Positions 34,000 through 47,956 are shown, counted from the first letter of the stretch. The stretch: 64,000 nucleotides of DNA from Yuukianura sp. NJ FZ-2021 (GCA_046563655.1 CM102286.1:1922001-1986000), one strand, 5' to 3'. The notes: generated from the letters alone by a model not told the origin. Translations and numbers: made by a program.

Positions 34000-35265
34000 T
34001 CAATCAATTAGTAGAGTAATGATATCCGAAACTCGATAAATCTTCAAAATCTTTGTAAAAATCGAACAAAAACAAAAATGTTTCAATTTTGTTGGAAGAT
34101 TTGCAAGAAAATGAATCGGCAAGAAAATAATTTAAAAGTGAGTTGTACAAAAGGTTCCTGTGCTCCTCCCATTTTACATACATAGCTGGGCATCTGTCAA
34201 CATTTGATATTCTGTAGAACAAAAAAGTATGATTTAGTAGTAAGAGACTTTTGTAAAACTTATTAAAGTATTAGCTGTAATTCATTAAATTTACTAGATT
34301 AACTGTTGTTAATTTTTACTAAGTTTTAAGTATCTCAATATATTTCAGTGATGGAGGAACCAACAGCGCGTTCTTTTATTATAGCTTGCCTAGTACTGTT
34401 GAAGGTCTAGCGGTATGGCAGCATGTAAGTTTTTGTTCGACAGAATATTTGCAACCTTTCAAATCTTTTCAAAAAAGATTCAAAATTGTTTTGAGAAGTG
34501 TCAAGATAAGAACAATTTACACCTCTTTTTCATCTTCATCTTCGTCTTAAGTCGTCTTCGTTTCTTCTTCTCTTCATCATCATCTCATCATCTTTTCCTA
34601 AAGTTTGTCATCTTCATTTGAGCTTTTCAACAACACCCACCTCTTCCGTGTCCATGCTTCCTGGTTCATGGTTCTAAACTAAAAAGTAAAGTCAATTTTT
34701 ACAATTATGATTATTATTATAATAACAAAAAAATTTATATACTTTTTGTTAGTATAGGGAAGCTGAAGATTCATATCTGTAAGGCCAAACACTTCTGAAA
34801 GTCTATAAAACGTCAACGCTGCATTGTAAGCGAGTAAAAGCGTAAGTCGTCGTCGCTTGTTGCGTGCAATCTGCAATGTTAGGAATGATTGAGTGGAAAC
34901 AATTCAATTAGCAAAATGAAGATGCAGTTTTAGGAGACTGATGTAGTCCATTGGTAAGATAGTCAGATACAAATTGTGAAGATTTTTACTCTACAATCCA
35001 AAATGTCATGTGAAAATTGTGTTTGCTTTTTTTCAGAAGCTCGAACATCTAAGTCGACTTATTGCTACAAATTATGGATATTTATCTCCTGTTTTTAAAC
35101 AAGGATTGTTTGTAATCCATTGGTATTAGGTTGGATATGTTGTTAGTGTAATTTTTAACGATGCTAGATACGGAATAGCTGAAAATTAAGGAACCGCAAA
35201 CTGTTCTCCCAGTGTTCCGTACGCTACATGTTTAGAATACCAACTTCCAAGGTAGGACTAATAGT

Positions 35266-38151
35266 ATGCGTTGGTCCCGTCCGAAATGGATGATACGCCA
35301 ATTCTTTCGAATTTTCCTACTGTCAGTTTTAGTTATCCTGATTGTTGTTGCGTTTGTTACGTTTTTCTATGTATTTTTCCCAAATGTCGATAGTAGAAAT
35401 GTAAATTACTCAAATGTTAGACATCAAGTAACTAGCAAATCACCGCGAAAAGTTCTTCAATACCTTATCCCCCTTTCACAAGCCCCAAAGCGTCAACTCA
35501 ATGTGTTCACAAATCAAAGCAGTTCAATTAAGCAAAGCGTGTCTACAGTACCTGGAGGGAAAGTACGGAAATGTGGATTCCATTCTTGCTTCGATTTGTA
35601 TCGCTGCGGAAGATTGGGCCAAGATCAACTGTCCATCTACGTATATCCTGTGGAACGTTTCGTCATCAATGGAAAAGTTCTTCAACACAGCATCTCTAAA
35701 GAATTTTACCAAATCATTGACGCCATTGTCCGCAGTCCGTATTATGTTTCCGACCCTAGCGAAGCATGTCTGTTCGTTCCTACAATAGATCTACTCAATC
35801 TCAATCAATTCCTGGCTCACAATTCCCGAGTGACAATGATGGACGTCAAGATTGCGTTGGAAGGCCTCGAATTGTAAGTTTTCAGTTTTTAACATACATT
35901 TCAGCATTCCATGATTCACCATTTTCATTAAAGTCAAAATTCGTATTCTGTTCGTTTTTTTTTAGTTGGGGAAATGATGGGAGCAATCACATTCTGTTTA
36001 CAATGTACCCCAATAGTCAACCACTCACTTCATTGTCAACTGCAGCTATAATCATTTCTTCGTCCTTTTCCAGTACTGATTACCGCCTAGGTTTCCATAT
36101 TCCTTTCATAACATTCAGTCCATTTGGAACTCACCGGATCTCGTTGGATTACACAAATAGTACAAGGTATGCAATCCTAAAAAATTGCATTTGTATTTTC
36201 AACTTCTACAATTTTCAATTTTTTTTTCGTTTTGTTTTTCAGAAAAATATTCTGTATCGCTGCTCAAGGTTCCAAGTCAGAAGATTTATTTCAAGAAAAA
36301 ATCCTTGTTCTTGACTACTGTCGACATAATGTTTCTGATTACTCTATTCGCTGTAAGGACAACATCGTCTACCCATATCCAGAAGTACTTTCAGTGAGTC
36401 GTTTTTTTAACGTTTACAACGTTATTTCGACGTTGCATAACCTTTATGCTTTCGTTTTCATAGTTGTCTGACTTTTGTGTTGTGGAGTCTCTGGCACATC
36501 CTATACTTTGGGATGCGATGAGCATGGGTTGTGTTCCAGTTATTCTTCCAGGACTAAATCGACTGCCGTTTGATGAAGTAATTGATTGGTCCAGGTAAGA
36601 TCTCAAAAATTGAAAAAAAATTTAACAGTTGTAACCAGCTGAGCACTTGTTTTGTGTAATTTCAGAAATGCAATAATATTATATGAGCACCAATTACCTG
36701 AACTCGGATCCATTCTCAAGCGGATTTCAGTGCGGAGAAAAGAACGGCTGAAGTCGCAAGTACGATTCACGTTTGAGCAATACTTCAAATCCGTTCCGCA
36801 TATCGTTTCTACAGTTTTACAACTACTGAAGGAAAGAGTCTTCCCACATACTGCACGCACAATTCATCAATGGAATGACAATCCACAAAATGTAAGTACC
36901 CACATTTTATAAAAAATGAATAGTTTTAAGTATTTTTTGTTCAATATTTTTTGTTGTTTTTATCTGTAGCGTCACAAAATTTCTCCGATCTTCAACCCCG
37001 TAATAGCTTCAAGTTCACCTGGATTTACTGCTGTGATTCTTGCGTACGAGAGGATTCAGAGCTTATTTCAAGTCATAGAACGCATTCAGCACGTTCCTTC
37101 TTTAGCAAAAATCCTAGTTGTGTGGAATAATCAAATGAAACCGCCCCCATCTGGTGAGCAATTGGTGTTGAGCAACGTAGTTTCCTTATTTTACCATAAT
37201 TTTCCAATTCTCTATGTCTAATTTTAATTTTTTGAATTACAGACGCCGCTTGGCCTAAAATTTCGAAACCTTTCAAAGTCATTCAGACAAATGGAAACAA
37301 GATGTCAAACAGATTTTTCCCTTATGCAGAAATCCAAACGGAAGCCATCTTTTCATTGGATGATGACATAGTTATGTTGACAACAGACGAAATTAGTTTT
37401 GCTTTTCAGGTGAAATGTGACTTTTACTTAACTTTAGTTAATTGTTAATTGCTTGATTATTAAATGTGTGATTCAACTTCTGATTTTTTGCATAGGTTTG
37501 GCGAGAGTTTCCGGATCGGTTGATTGGATTTCCCTCACGAACTCACATTTGGGACAACTCTACTTCAAAGTGGAAGTATGAATCAGAATGGACTAATGAA
37601 GTTTCAATGGTACTCACTGGAGCAGCATTTTATCATAAGGTTAGATTTGAAAGTATTAAAAAAAGCATGAATCTTCTTTCGAATCTTATCCTAATTGGTA
37701 TATGTTTGTTCAGTACTGGCATTACGCCTACTTTAACGAAATGCCAAGGGAGATTTTAGATTACGTGGACGACAAAATGAACTGTGAGGACATTGCCATG
37801 AATTTTTTAATTTCCAATCGGACCGCGAAAGCTCCAATAAAGGTATGACTATGATAAAATCTTAATGCTGGAGAAATATATCGAGTTGAAGATAAGTAAT
37901 GTTGACGAAAATGCCTGAATTTTTAGGTAACTCCACGGAAGAAGTTCAAGTGTCCAACTTGTTCCAATAACGAAATGCTGTCTGCTGACACGAGTCACAT
38001 GCGAGAGAGGACAGAGTGCATAAACCATTTTGCCAAAATCTATGGCTACATGCCCCTTCAAGCAGTGGAGTTCAGAGCGGACCCTGTCTTGTACAAGGTT
38101 GAGAAACTGCCGAAGAGACTGAAAAAGTTTGCAGATATTGGCACCCTTTGA
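35266..38151 (+). CDS. EXT2: Exostosin-2 heparan sulfate polymerase subunit
   Basis: N-terminal transmembrane anchor, then [91 protein letters not shown] and [11 protein letters not shown]. Confidence 0.93.
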
Positions 38152-38699
38152 CCTCCTTTAACGTTACTTTGACCTGACGAAACGACGTCTCCATAACCAA
38201 ACCCTCTTGGACAGAAATGAACAAAAGCCAAGCCAAATTGATCTCAGAAAATAATATAAAAATGTAATGAAATCAAAATATTCCTAGTCTTTAAGGACGT
38301 CGCAAATCAAGATGTATATGACTGTCTCAAGAAATTAAAATAAAATTATATCATATCGATCGCCGCTTTTCTTACATTGTGAGAGTGCTGAATTCGAATA
38401 TGCAATTAGATATGGCCCAAACTTAACATTATACGAATCTAATTGCAGTTTCGAGTTCAGCACGCTCGAATTAATGCAGAAAAATGAATCGCCTGTAAAT
38501 AATTTTTTGAAACTCAAAAGAAAAATATTTGCGATGAGGATGTAATGTCATTTCAGATGTAAACGTTACAATCAATGACTAATTCTCTGCCAACATTAGT
38601 CTACAAATAACCTTATTACAAAATAAAACAAGTTTTAGAAAACTCACCTTCGCATTAAACATTTGGTTTCCAACTAAAAGTAAGATTAAATTGCCCTTA

Positions 38700-38984
38700 G
38701 GAGTGTCCGACTAAACGTCGGATCATCGGATTCCTCGGATTTATATGAGGGGTGCACTGGTGCATAAGGTAATGTAGGATTCCTCGGATTATTCAGCTCG
38801 GACTTTTAAAAATCAGTCCCTCAAACTGTACCGATTTGGAGTCACACCTAAACGGTTAGGATTGCTAAGGTTTTTACCAAAGAAAACCTGTTCACTAATA
38901 AGAGTCTGAGGATTAACTGTGTGAACTCCTCATACAAATCCAAGGAGTCCGAGATACGAGATCCGACCTTTAGCCGGACCACTC
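38700..38984. mobile_element. MITE with imperfect TIRs and TTA TSD (Harbinger-like)
   Basis: TTA|GGAGTGTCCGACTAAACGTCGGATC...GATCCGACCTTTAGCCGGACCACTC|TTA. Confidence 0.7.
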
Positions 38985-39262
38985 TTAGGAAAACTGCCCC
39001 CACAAAACAATATTTCCAAACATAACATGACAGTCTGCGAGATTTGCCTCGTTAGTGGAGGATGCGATGTCAATTCAGGGTTTATTTAAATTTTATAATG
39101 AGAATTTAAGTAAATTATCTCCAAACATTCAGTCTAACGATTATAAATAAATACAAATCAAACACTATACTGGTCAAATTAGATTTTTCCCTCTAGGAAT
39201 TTATAACAGTTCAAGATCAAAAATAGTTCATCCAGGCCAGAGCTGTTGGTGCCGAATGATGT

Positions 39263-41514
39263 TTATGCGTCGTCTGTGACCTTCTTTTTCGGAGCTATGC
39301 GACCTTTGCCTCCGTGCATTTTTGACATCATGTGTTGATTTAGGTAGTCCTTCAGCTTGAATACTTTCCCACACAGCCTACACTCATGACGTTCCTTTGC
39401 GTAAGGACCCGTGGTAGGCCTGACTCCATGCTTAGCAACCAAATGTCGTTGAAGTGCCATAGCTTCGAAGAAACTGTCGCCGCAGTAGGTGCACAGTTTG
39501 GATTTTACGCCAGAATGCTTCAGAATGTGACTCCGCAAACTTTTCGCATCCAAGTAGGCCTTACTGCAAACATTACACTCAAAACTTCTCTGTCTTGTCT
39601 TATCGTGTGTCTTTACATGTTTCTTTAGTTCACTCTTGGTTGCGCATGCTTTACCACAAGTTTCACAAATGACGTCCCGGATTCCGTCGTGTACTGTTTT
39701 AATATGAAATTGCAATACATTCTTGCCACGTAGTAATTTGCCGCAAAACTCACAAGGATAACGCTCATCTGTATGACGCTGTCGGCGATGAGTGGTGAGA
39801 TAATTCAAGGTTGGAAACTTCCTTCCGCAACCTTCCACTTCACATTGAAACGGGTTCGCAATATTGTGAGCCGAATTTTGATGCAATCTGAGGTGGCTTC
39901 TCGTCTCAAAAGTTTTGTGACAAACGGGACAACTACGACCTTCCATGTCTTTAGCGGTTAATCCATGACCGTGCTGGTATTTCAAATGCCTCCGTTGTCT
40001 CGCGCGTTGGGCAAAAATTTTTCCACATTGTTCGCATTTAAAACTTGGTTTTTCACGGTGAACGCACATCATGTGTTGCCTGAAGTTCGCTTCTGAAGAA
40101 AACGGAGTTTCACCACAGTCGTGAGGACAAACCAGCGGTTCCATTGTTATGGATGATTGAAGAGAATTTTGTTTTTGTTGAATTTTGTTTGTTGTGTTGA
40201 ATTTTTGTGCAGATTCGTCATCCTCATCAGACACGGACGGATGCTCTGTAATTAAACAATTGGAAGTTGGAGATTCAAGACTGATGCTACTGTCCTGAAC
40301 GCGGAAAATGTCAGGTTGCATTTCTTGCTGGATAATTTTTGTATTGTGTGATGTTGAATTGCAGAAAATGCTCGGTTGCGTTTCTTGCTGGATAACTTTT
40401 GTACTGTGTGATGTTGATGTTGAATTGCAGAAAATGCTAGGTTGCACTTTTTGCTGGATAACCTTTGTACTGTGTGATGTTGAATTGCAGAAAATGCTAG
40501 GTTGCACTTTTTCCTGGATAACTTTTGTACTGTGTGATGTTGAATTGCGGAAAATACCAGGTTGCATTTCTTGCTGGATAACTTTTGTACTGTGTGATGT
40601 TGAATTGCAGAAAATGGTAGGTTGCATTTTTTGCTGGATAACTTTTGCATTGTGGGATGTTGAATTGCGGAAAGTGCCAGGTGACATTTTTTGCTGGACA
40701 ACTTTTGTGCTGTCTGATGTTGGATTGCTTGAGACTCGCATGGGAGCGGGTAGTATTTTCCTGAACTGCTTGACAGTATTTTGCTTCACATCTAAACAAA
40801 GTTGTTCAAATTTTGTATTAGAACGCTTTACTTGCAATGTTTGGGCCCAAAGTATAAATAATAACAAATAATAACCTTTTGATTTGCTCGCTTTCATTTT
40901 TCGTGTTGAATTACGGAGAAGTACTTCGCCTTCGGCTTCGGTTGATAGCGGGTCCTGGTCAATGGCAAAAAATGGATCTTGTTCTTGAATTATGGAAAAG
41001 TTGTCTTCAACTTCAACTGATTCCAACTTCACTTCTACTTCTGGTGTTACCCCATCGTCTTCGAAAGGCTCGTAATCAGAATTCGTTACAGAGGACGACC
41101 AGAGAATGGAACTCTCCAGCAGCGTCTGAACGTATGAGCCCTCGACAGTTAGTTTCATAAATTTTTTGTAACTTGAATTCAGAGTAGTTAGTGTCGACAA
41201 GCATTGGAAGCACATCAGCAATCGACAATCGGGTGGCACTGTCTTCTAAAAAAATACAAAACTGATTTTAACAAAATCAAAAATCAAGTCATTTGACTTG
41301 TGATGCTTACTTTGTGCAACTTGAGACTTGCTTCAAATACTGTAGAAATTGCATCCGAAATGGCAACATCTTGGATGCTTTCTTTCTGTCCGACGCATGC
41401 CTCCTCACTTTCGGAGTTACGAACCAAAACTGTATTACAATGGTCTCCGCCATTGATATTCCCATCTTCATCAGGCAGTGCAGTCAACACCCGTCTGCAG
41501 TTAGCACAAGGCAT
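39263..41514 (-). CDS. C2H2 zinc-finger transcription factor with N-terminal ZAD-like cysteine pairs and about 9 fingers
   Basis: MPCANCRR...MCFQC, an acidic linker, 20-aa repeats, then a C2H2 array. Exons are about 41514-41311, 41245-40876 and 40791-39263. Confidence 0.88.
40304..40720 (-). repeat. About 7 copies of a 60-bp coding tandem repeat (STSHSTKVIQQKVQPSIFCN)
   Basis: Directly visible 60-bp periodicity; one unit has a 6-bp insertion. Confidence 0.92.
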
Positions 41515-42359
41515 CTCCGTTGGCAGAAATTGTGAAATTGATTTTAGATAACGAACGAGTACTATCCAGCAATTTCTCACTCTACGGTGATCAGCTTCAT
41601 TCACTCGTACTACCTTATTTATTACAAAACAAAACTTTCTTAGAAAAATCACTTTCGCAATAAACTTTTGGTTTTTCAATTAAACTTAAGACATTCTACG
41701 ACTGAATTAATTTTACCTGTCATCGAAGCAAATGATCAGCTGTAATTGTGATTTTGGTAGTAAGCAATGGATAACTTCTTTTTACCTGCTTCGCTTTTAT
41801 TTTATTCTTGCAATAACAAATAAAGAAACCCAATAATCGTACTAGCTACGTTTTCAAAAACGTTGTTTCACAAACTTCAGAAAAAATTAAATTACCTAAC
41901 GTCTGTCTGCCGCCTTGTTCACCGTAAAACTGGTTAAGGTTGCCCGAAATTGCACTCATTGTAACCACAGTGCGTAACACTCAACCAACACGACAACCGA
42001 ATTGTAGGTAACAATTGTAAGTTACACCTACAACTTAAGTGTTGTAATAAAAGTCACCTATATAATTTTTATAATTGTATTGATTCGGCTATATAATTAT
42101 GGCGTCGGTGGTTACACTTAGGGTTACAGCTGGTGCAACTCCGGTTTACACCAACAGCGAATGCTTTTTACTTTGTGGTGATTGTGATCTTACGAATCAC
42201 ATGCTTTCGGTAAACTTCTTTTCTGGATTCGGCTCGGCTGGCTGGCATGTCTTTGGTTCTTCCCCTTCTACCTCCATCACTGAGACTGAAGTGCACAATT
42301 GTCAAAACTTTGACAGTTTTTAAACGATTAGAAAAAGGATTAAATAACTAAAACTGGCA

Positions 42360-44115
42360 ATGATGGCAGCAACTTTGACAAGAAATTGTTTAGCATCAGC
42401 AAAGCGATTATCAAATCCGGTATACACTAAGAAAGTTTTCAGCAATTTTACACCTTCACTGGCAAATCCGGTCTCCCTCTCCACATGTGCTGCACGGGTA
42501 ACTTTTTATCATGACACTACACCTAATCAATAATAAACGTTATAATATGAATGATATTTTTCAGGCTGCTGAAGTGTCATCAACAGATGATCGTCCAGAA
42601 TTTCCTGGAGCGCGGGGTAACTGGACAGATACGATGGAATTTATCAAGCCGGATCTCTACCATGGAATTCCGGTGTACCGTGTTATGGACAGGAAAGGAC
42701 GTGTGCTTCGAGAGGATCAAGATCCAAACGTAATTAAGTTTAAGTAATCTTCTATGGTGGTAATAGTTATGCTTAACTGATTGACATAATTTGCAGTTAC
42801 CGGAAGAAATGGTGGTAAAAATGTACAAGAGCATGACCCTACTGAACTCCATGGACAGAATCATGTACGAATCGCAGCGACAAGGTCGAATTTCGTTTTA
42901 TATGACAAACTATGGAGAAGAGGGAACTCATGTAGGATCTGCTGCTGCGCTAACTCTGGAGGATTTGGTGTATGGACAATACAGAGAGGCTGGAATACTC
43001 TGTACGTAATTGAAGTCGCTAAAAACGTTTATCTGGCACATCGCAATATTTGTTATGTTTTTAGTCTGGAGAGGCTTTCCGTTAGATCGGTTCATGAATC
43101 AGTGCTATGGGAATGAATTTGACCTGGGCAAGGCCAGACAGATGCCGGTACACTACGGAACTAAAGAATTGAACTTTGTGACTATTTCATCTCCACTAGG
43201 AACTCAGATGCCGCAAGGTATTTTTACAACTTCAATTAGTAATTGATAATGGCAACCAGGCTTACGGAACGTAATGTTGAATTGTAGCTGTCGGATCGGC
43301 CTATGCCATTAAGCGTGAAAACAAAGGAAGATGTGTGATCTGTTACTTCGGAGATGGAGCGGCAAGTGAAGGCGATGCTCATGCAGCATTTAACTTTTCA
43401 GCCACACTGGAATGTCCAGTGATATTCTTCTGGTAAGTTCCACTTATAACACAATATTCTATGTATGTTGATTACTGGAACTTTTATGTTTAGCCGGAAC
43501 AACGGTTACGCCATCTCCACTCCCACAAGCGAGCAATACCGTGGTGACGGAATAGCAGGTCGCGGTCCGGCATATGGAATCTCTTCTATTCGAGTCGACG
43601 GTAACGATACGCTGGCGGTCTACAATGCCACTAAAGCTGCCCGTAAAATTGCCGTCAATGAGAATCGGCCAGTACTTATCGAAGCCATGACATACCGAAT
43701 TGGGCATCACAGTACCTCTGACGACTCCAGTGCCTATCGCTCTGTGGATGAAGTTCGTTTCTGGGACTCTACGGATCATCCTATTTCCAGGCTACGGAAC
43801 TACATGGTTAACAAAGGATGGTGGAACGATACCAAGGAGGCAGAATGGAAGCAGAAATCTAAAACAAAGGTACGGTGATTTACTAAAAAAGTGTTTAGAT
43901 TAAAAATAATGTTTACGAATTGACAGGTCATGGAATCGTTTGCTCGAGCAGAGAAGCAAAAGAAGCCTGACTGGAGATACATGTTCTCCGACGTGTATCA
44001 AAGGATGCCACCGTCACTTCAGAACCAAATGAAAGAAATGGAGGAGCATTTAGCAAAGTATGGAGAGCACTACCCGCTTAAATACTTTGCCAAAAAGGAG
44101 GGGCCGATTGAGTAA
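42360..44115 (+). CDS. BCKDHA: Branched-chain keto acid dehydrogenase E1 alpha, mitochondrial
   Basis: [63 protein letters not shown] and [16 protein letters not shown]. Confidence 0.97.
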
Positions 44116-44321
44116 AAAGTAGCTCAAAAAACCTTACTTTTAGAATTGGATTTTAGAAAACGAAAAATACTTGAGTCAAAGTAATTCGAAATGACATTAT
44201 TTTACTAATAAAACAAAAGCAAATCCGGATTTATCGTTACTTAGGTTGCTATTCATCATTAAAACAGTGGTGACATGTCGCTTTAACGCAGTATCAACTA
44301 TCAGGTTTTATCAGTGTTACC

Positions 44322-45321
44322 TTAGGTGTCTTTCTTCTGCTCTGACGCTTGCGCATAAGGGAAATTGATTTTACAAAAAGGGAGAACCCGAGTTAAAGTT
44401 TCGATGCAGAACTGTCTATCCCTGATACTAGGAAGATCGTAAAGTAGTAGCGTCTCTAATTTCCTGAAAATAAAGGAAATCAACATGATTAAGGTAATAA
44501 CACATAACAAATTCTCCACAAAAGTTAGCCGTACAACGTCATACGTCAACTTACTTTAGTTGTCCCAAAGACAGAAGTCCTTTATCTGTAACTATACGCC
44601 AACAACGAATCACTCCAAGTTAAGGCATCCCAAAGGAAGAGGAGTCTATGAATTCAACTTACCGTTTCCGCAAGCCGAGACTTGGAGATGCGTCAAGCAG
44701 TTTTTGACATACGCAAGTTGTATAAGGGCATCATCGTCTACGTAATGCGCCCTATGAAGCACAATCTTCTCGCAGTCCTTTAATCCTCCTGAAATCAAAC
44801 AAGAACCCATAAAGCATTAATGCATTTTAGTATTAAAGTGCAAACAGAAACGGTATGCTGCCTCTAAATAACGAATTCAGCCAAGCGTACTTAGAAATGG
44901 AAATCCCATGTGCATGACGGCGGAATCCGTTCCATCAATTTCGTGAATCGTCAAGTGCCGAGACTGATCTAATGAAGGAAGGGCATTATAGTCCTTGAAC
45001 CAGTCAGAATCATGACTCCATTTCACTGCAGCTCCACATCGTATTAGCCATTCTGCGCAGGCTCTGTCTGGTCCAACTTCTTTTACCCGTGATACATCAT
45101 ACCTTATACAGATTCAAAATATTAACTTGTTACTAAATTATAGGAATCAGCAATTAAGCAGGTTGATACTTTTAGCTTACTAACTTGTTGAAAATTGAAT
45201 TCAACCAACCCCAGAAAGAACGTTGCTGCTGAGCATATAACTTTCCAGATGCTGATGAAGACGATACGACTTTGTTCAGTATAGATGACGACCTCACGCT
45301 CATTCCTACCAGGAATGACAT
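44322..45321 (-). CDS. ATP5S: ATP synthase subunit s / coupling factor B (DMAC2L), mitochondrial LRR protein, about 4 exons
   Basis: A presequence is followed by RSFWGWLNSIFNK, GPDRACAEWLIRCGAAVKW, IHEIDGTDSAVMHMGFPF and HLQVSACGN. Confidence 0.88.
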
Positions 45322-45774
45322 TGTTGTTAGAGATAATTCGTCACGAATTATTCTTGTAATCACTGATTTACGCTGAATAACTTGTTTTAATTTCTTTTAC
45401 TGTGTCTTCGTCTTGTTATTTCTCTTGTTTTGCTTCGCGGGCAAAAAATTTCGAATTAATTTTTCGTTTTGAAGATTTTCATTACAAAGAAAGCAAAAAA
45501 GTTCATTCCAAAATTAACAGACACGATTTTAAATGAGGTTACACAAGAAGTACAGTACTTGTAAGTAGTAAGTTGTAAGTAAAGAAATGACAAGTCAGAC
45601 TACCAGATGATGAATTAGCCAGTATAGTACAATTAATTGATACGCAACCGATAGCCACATCATACGCATAACTTATTTACAACATTTTGTCATTGAAATT
45701 AATGTAACAGGCAAATATCGAAAATAAGGTAATTATGGAAGTTGTCATTATGAATTTCGTATTACACACCAGTT

Positions 45775-46385
45775 TTAAGTGCTGTCTGCCCCACTATCTG
45801 ACCCATGTGCTATTTCATCGGCAATTGCGTTAATCATTTTCAGACAATCATCGACGAAAGTCTCCGCTTCTTCGCGAGTCGAGAAGGCAAGGGTGGGAGA
45901 CAGTCGAAGATCTGGGTCGACCGGTGTCACCTCAAATACTTCACCCGCAGGGATTGCCTCGCCGGGGCTGCAATCTACTTCCATTCTCATGACGATAATC
46001 TTCACACGACCCCGGCCTTGTCTCCTGGTAATTGTAAGTAGGCCTCCCTTCAACTCCACCCTTGGGTTTACATGCGTTACTCCCTTGTATGTGACCGACT
46101 TCACATTAACGATCTTGTCCATTCTTAAAACTGAAAACCGTAAAATGAAAAGTGCATTATTATTTGGGTATTCGTATTTCATTTACGTTAAATGGCGGAT
46201 CCGTTAATTCCATTCCATACGTTAAGTTATTAAGTTTAAAACTTACTCCTGGTCGTTTTTCTGGCCTTCAGTAATTTGATCAGGTCACTTTTCTTTTCTT
46301 GAAGCGACGAGTTGAAACTAGAAGTAGTGAGCTCGTTGGTCTCCAGCAGTGGTGTGGTCCCAGCGTTGTTCATTTTCTCGTCCAT
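45775..46385 (-). CDS. Uncharacterised protein of about 164 aa with a possible PH-like fold (exons 46385-46247, 46130-45775)
   Basis: A phase-1 GT-AG intron joins MDEKMNNAG...KARKTTR in frame to ILRMDK...LAFSTREEAETFVDDCLKMINAIA. Beta-strand-like segments followed by a C-terminal helix suggest PH-like topology (inference). Confidence 0.6.
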
Positions 46386-46745
46386 TCAGACCAAGACTTA
46401 ATCGGAAGAAAAATAAGCTGCCCCACCTCCTGTCCAGTAGTGTAACAGTATATACTCTTTTAATTTCTTTATCGGCTACTGCTTGCTGGTCAAAAGCCTT
46501 TGGTATTGGAATTGGACCGTACGATTGTCCAAGTTGTGGTAGTCGTGGAACACTGAAGGACAGAATGTGAGGAAAAGTAAACGTAGAATCCTAAAATTCA
46601 AATGTAATCAAACTTATGTAAATTGGAGATGAAATGACAGATGAGATTACTAAAATGGATAAGAGGAATCCAATGCTTGGGTTGTTTAGTTACGCTTACC
46701 TATTTAATACAAGTTGTTAAGTTACAACTTGTAAATTGGAATTGT

Positions 46746-47159
46746 CAGACCTCGGAGATTTTTGGTCAATTTTTTTCACTCCGCTCCGCTCAAGTTACAG
46801 GTTACCTGAGTTGAGTACCTTTCTGAGCAACATCGCTGAGCGGGGCAATTTTAAAAAAAAAACGGCAGAGCGAAAGAGCGATCCCATTTTTCGAATCTGA
46901 GCCAAGTGGGTTTCGCTCACAGGGTACCGATCAGAGCGCAAAATACAGGTATCTTATAGTAGTTCTTACGTATACGTTATATAGGGGCCGAGCGGGGTAA
47001 CTAAATAGCTCAGCGGAGAGGAGCTGAGCAGTGGGGAAAATCTCAGAGCGGAGCGAGCTGACCTGAGTGGGTCTAAAAGTGGTAGCAGCGGAGCTGAGCG
47101 TCTCTCAGGATTACAAACATTGAGCGGGAGCGATAACGATGAGCGCTCGCCGACGTCTG
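46746..47159. mobile_element. Degenerate hAT-like non-autonomous element
   Basis: Termini CAGACCTCGGAGA / TCGCCGACGTCTG, with many CCGCTC/GAGCGG subrepeats. No clear TSD. Confidence 0.5.
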
Positions 47160-47198
47160 CACCTGACCATATCTGCGTGAATTTGAACCACAGTTTAA

Positions 47199-47519
47199 CC
47201 GCGGTATCTGTTGGGTCGACAATTCCTCAGAAGTTTAACGACCGTCATTGTAGCCGCACAGTGTAGCCACTCCGCCATTTTTAGGGGCTACATTGTGCGG
47301 CAACTTATGTTGCCACTTTAGGTTAGGTTAAGTTAAAGTGGCGACTTCAGTTACCGCACAGTGTAGCCACCCATTGTAGCCAAGCCACTAAAAATGGCGG
47401 AGTGGCTACAGTGTGCGGCTACAATGACAGTCGTTAAAGTTTACTTCCTTCGAACAAATTCTGAGGATTTAGTCACTTCTTCCATGCCGCGATTATAGTA
47501 CCGTCCGTCAATACCGTGG
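47199..47519. mobile_element. TTAA-flanked element (CC...GG termini, piggyBac-like) containing a nested TTAA MITE at 47239-47433
   Basis: Outer element TTAA|CCGCGGTAT...ATACCGTGG|TTAA. Inner element TTAA|CGACCGTCATTGTAGCCGCAC...GTGCGGCTACAATGACAGTCG|TTAA. Confidence 0.7.
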
Positions 47520-47735
47520 TTAAATTTGCCGAGATCCCTACTATTTTTAGTATATCATTGAATCATTGGTTGATTAATGAAGAGTGGAAGGAAGGACTTC
47601 GATCTGTGACGAAGACGAAACAAGGGGATCACGGTAATAAGTCCAAGGTGAGCTCATACCCTTAGGATTCGCTTGGCCTCTTGACCTTTATCGTTTGTAT
47701 TGTTAGATCCAATATCCAATAGTCCTCAATTCGTG

Positions 47736-47956
47736 GGCAGGGGCAGGAGTAAGGCAGGCAACCCGTGTGATAACAGGTCATATCCCCTCCGGTACTACTG
47801 TTAACAGTGTTGCCGCGCCGAAGGCGCGGTGTTAGGTTTCTAATTTGACAATAGTGAATACGTTTGGAGGTTTGATTGGAAGTGGCAACGCTGCTGCTAG
47901 TAGTACTGGAGGGGATATGACCTTTTAGCACACGGGTTCTCTGCCTTACTCCACCC
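47736..47956. mobile_element. 221-bp Mutator-like MITE with TIRs of about 70 bp and a 9-bp TSD, in the PP5 5' UTR intron
   Basis: CAATTCGTG occurs at 47727-47735 and 47957-47965. Arms are GGAGTAAGGCAG..AACCCGTGTG..AGGTCATATCCCCTCC and its reverse complement. Confidence 0.8.

Noticed and set aside
40252..40871. Long alternative-frame and antisense ORFs over the 60-bp repeats
   Set aside because: They follow from a stop-free repeat unit inside the real zinc-finger CDS.
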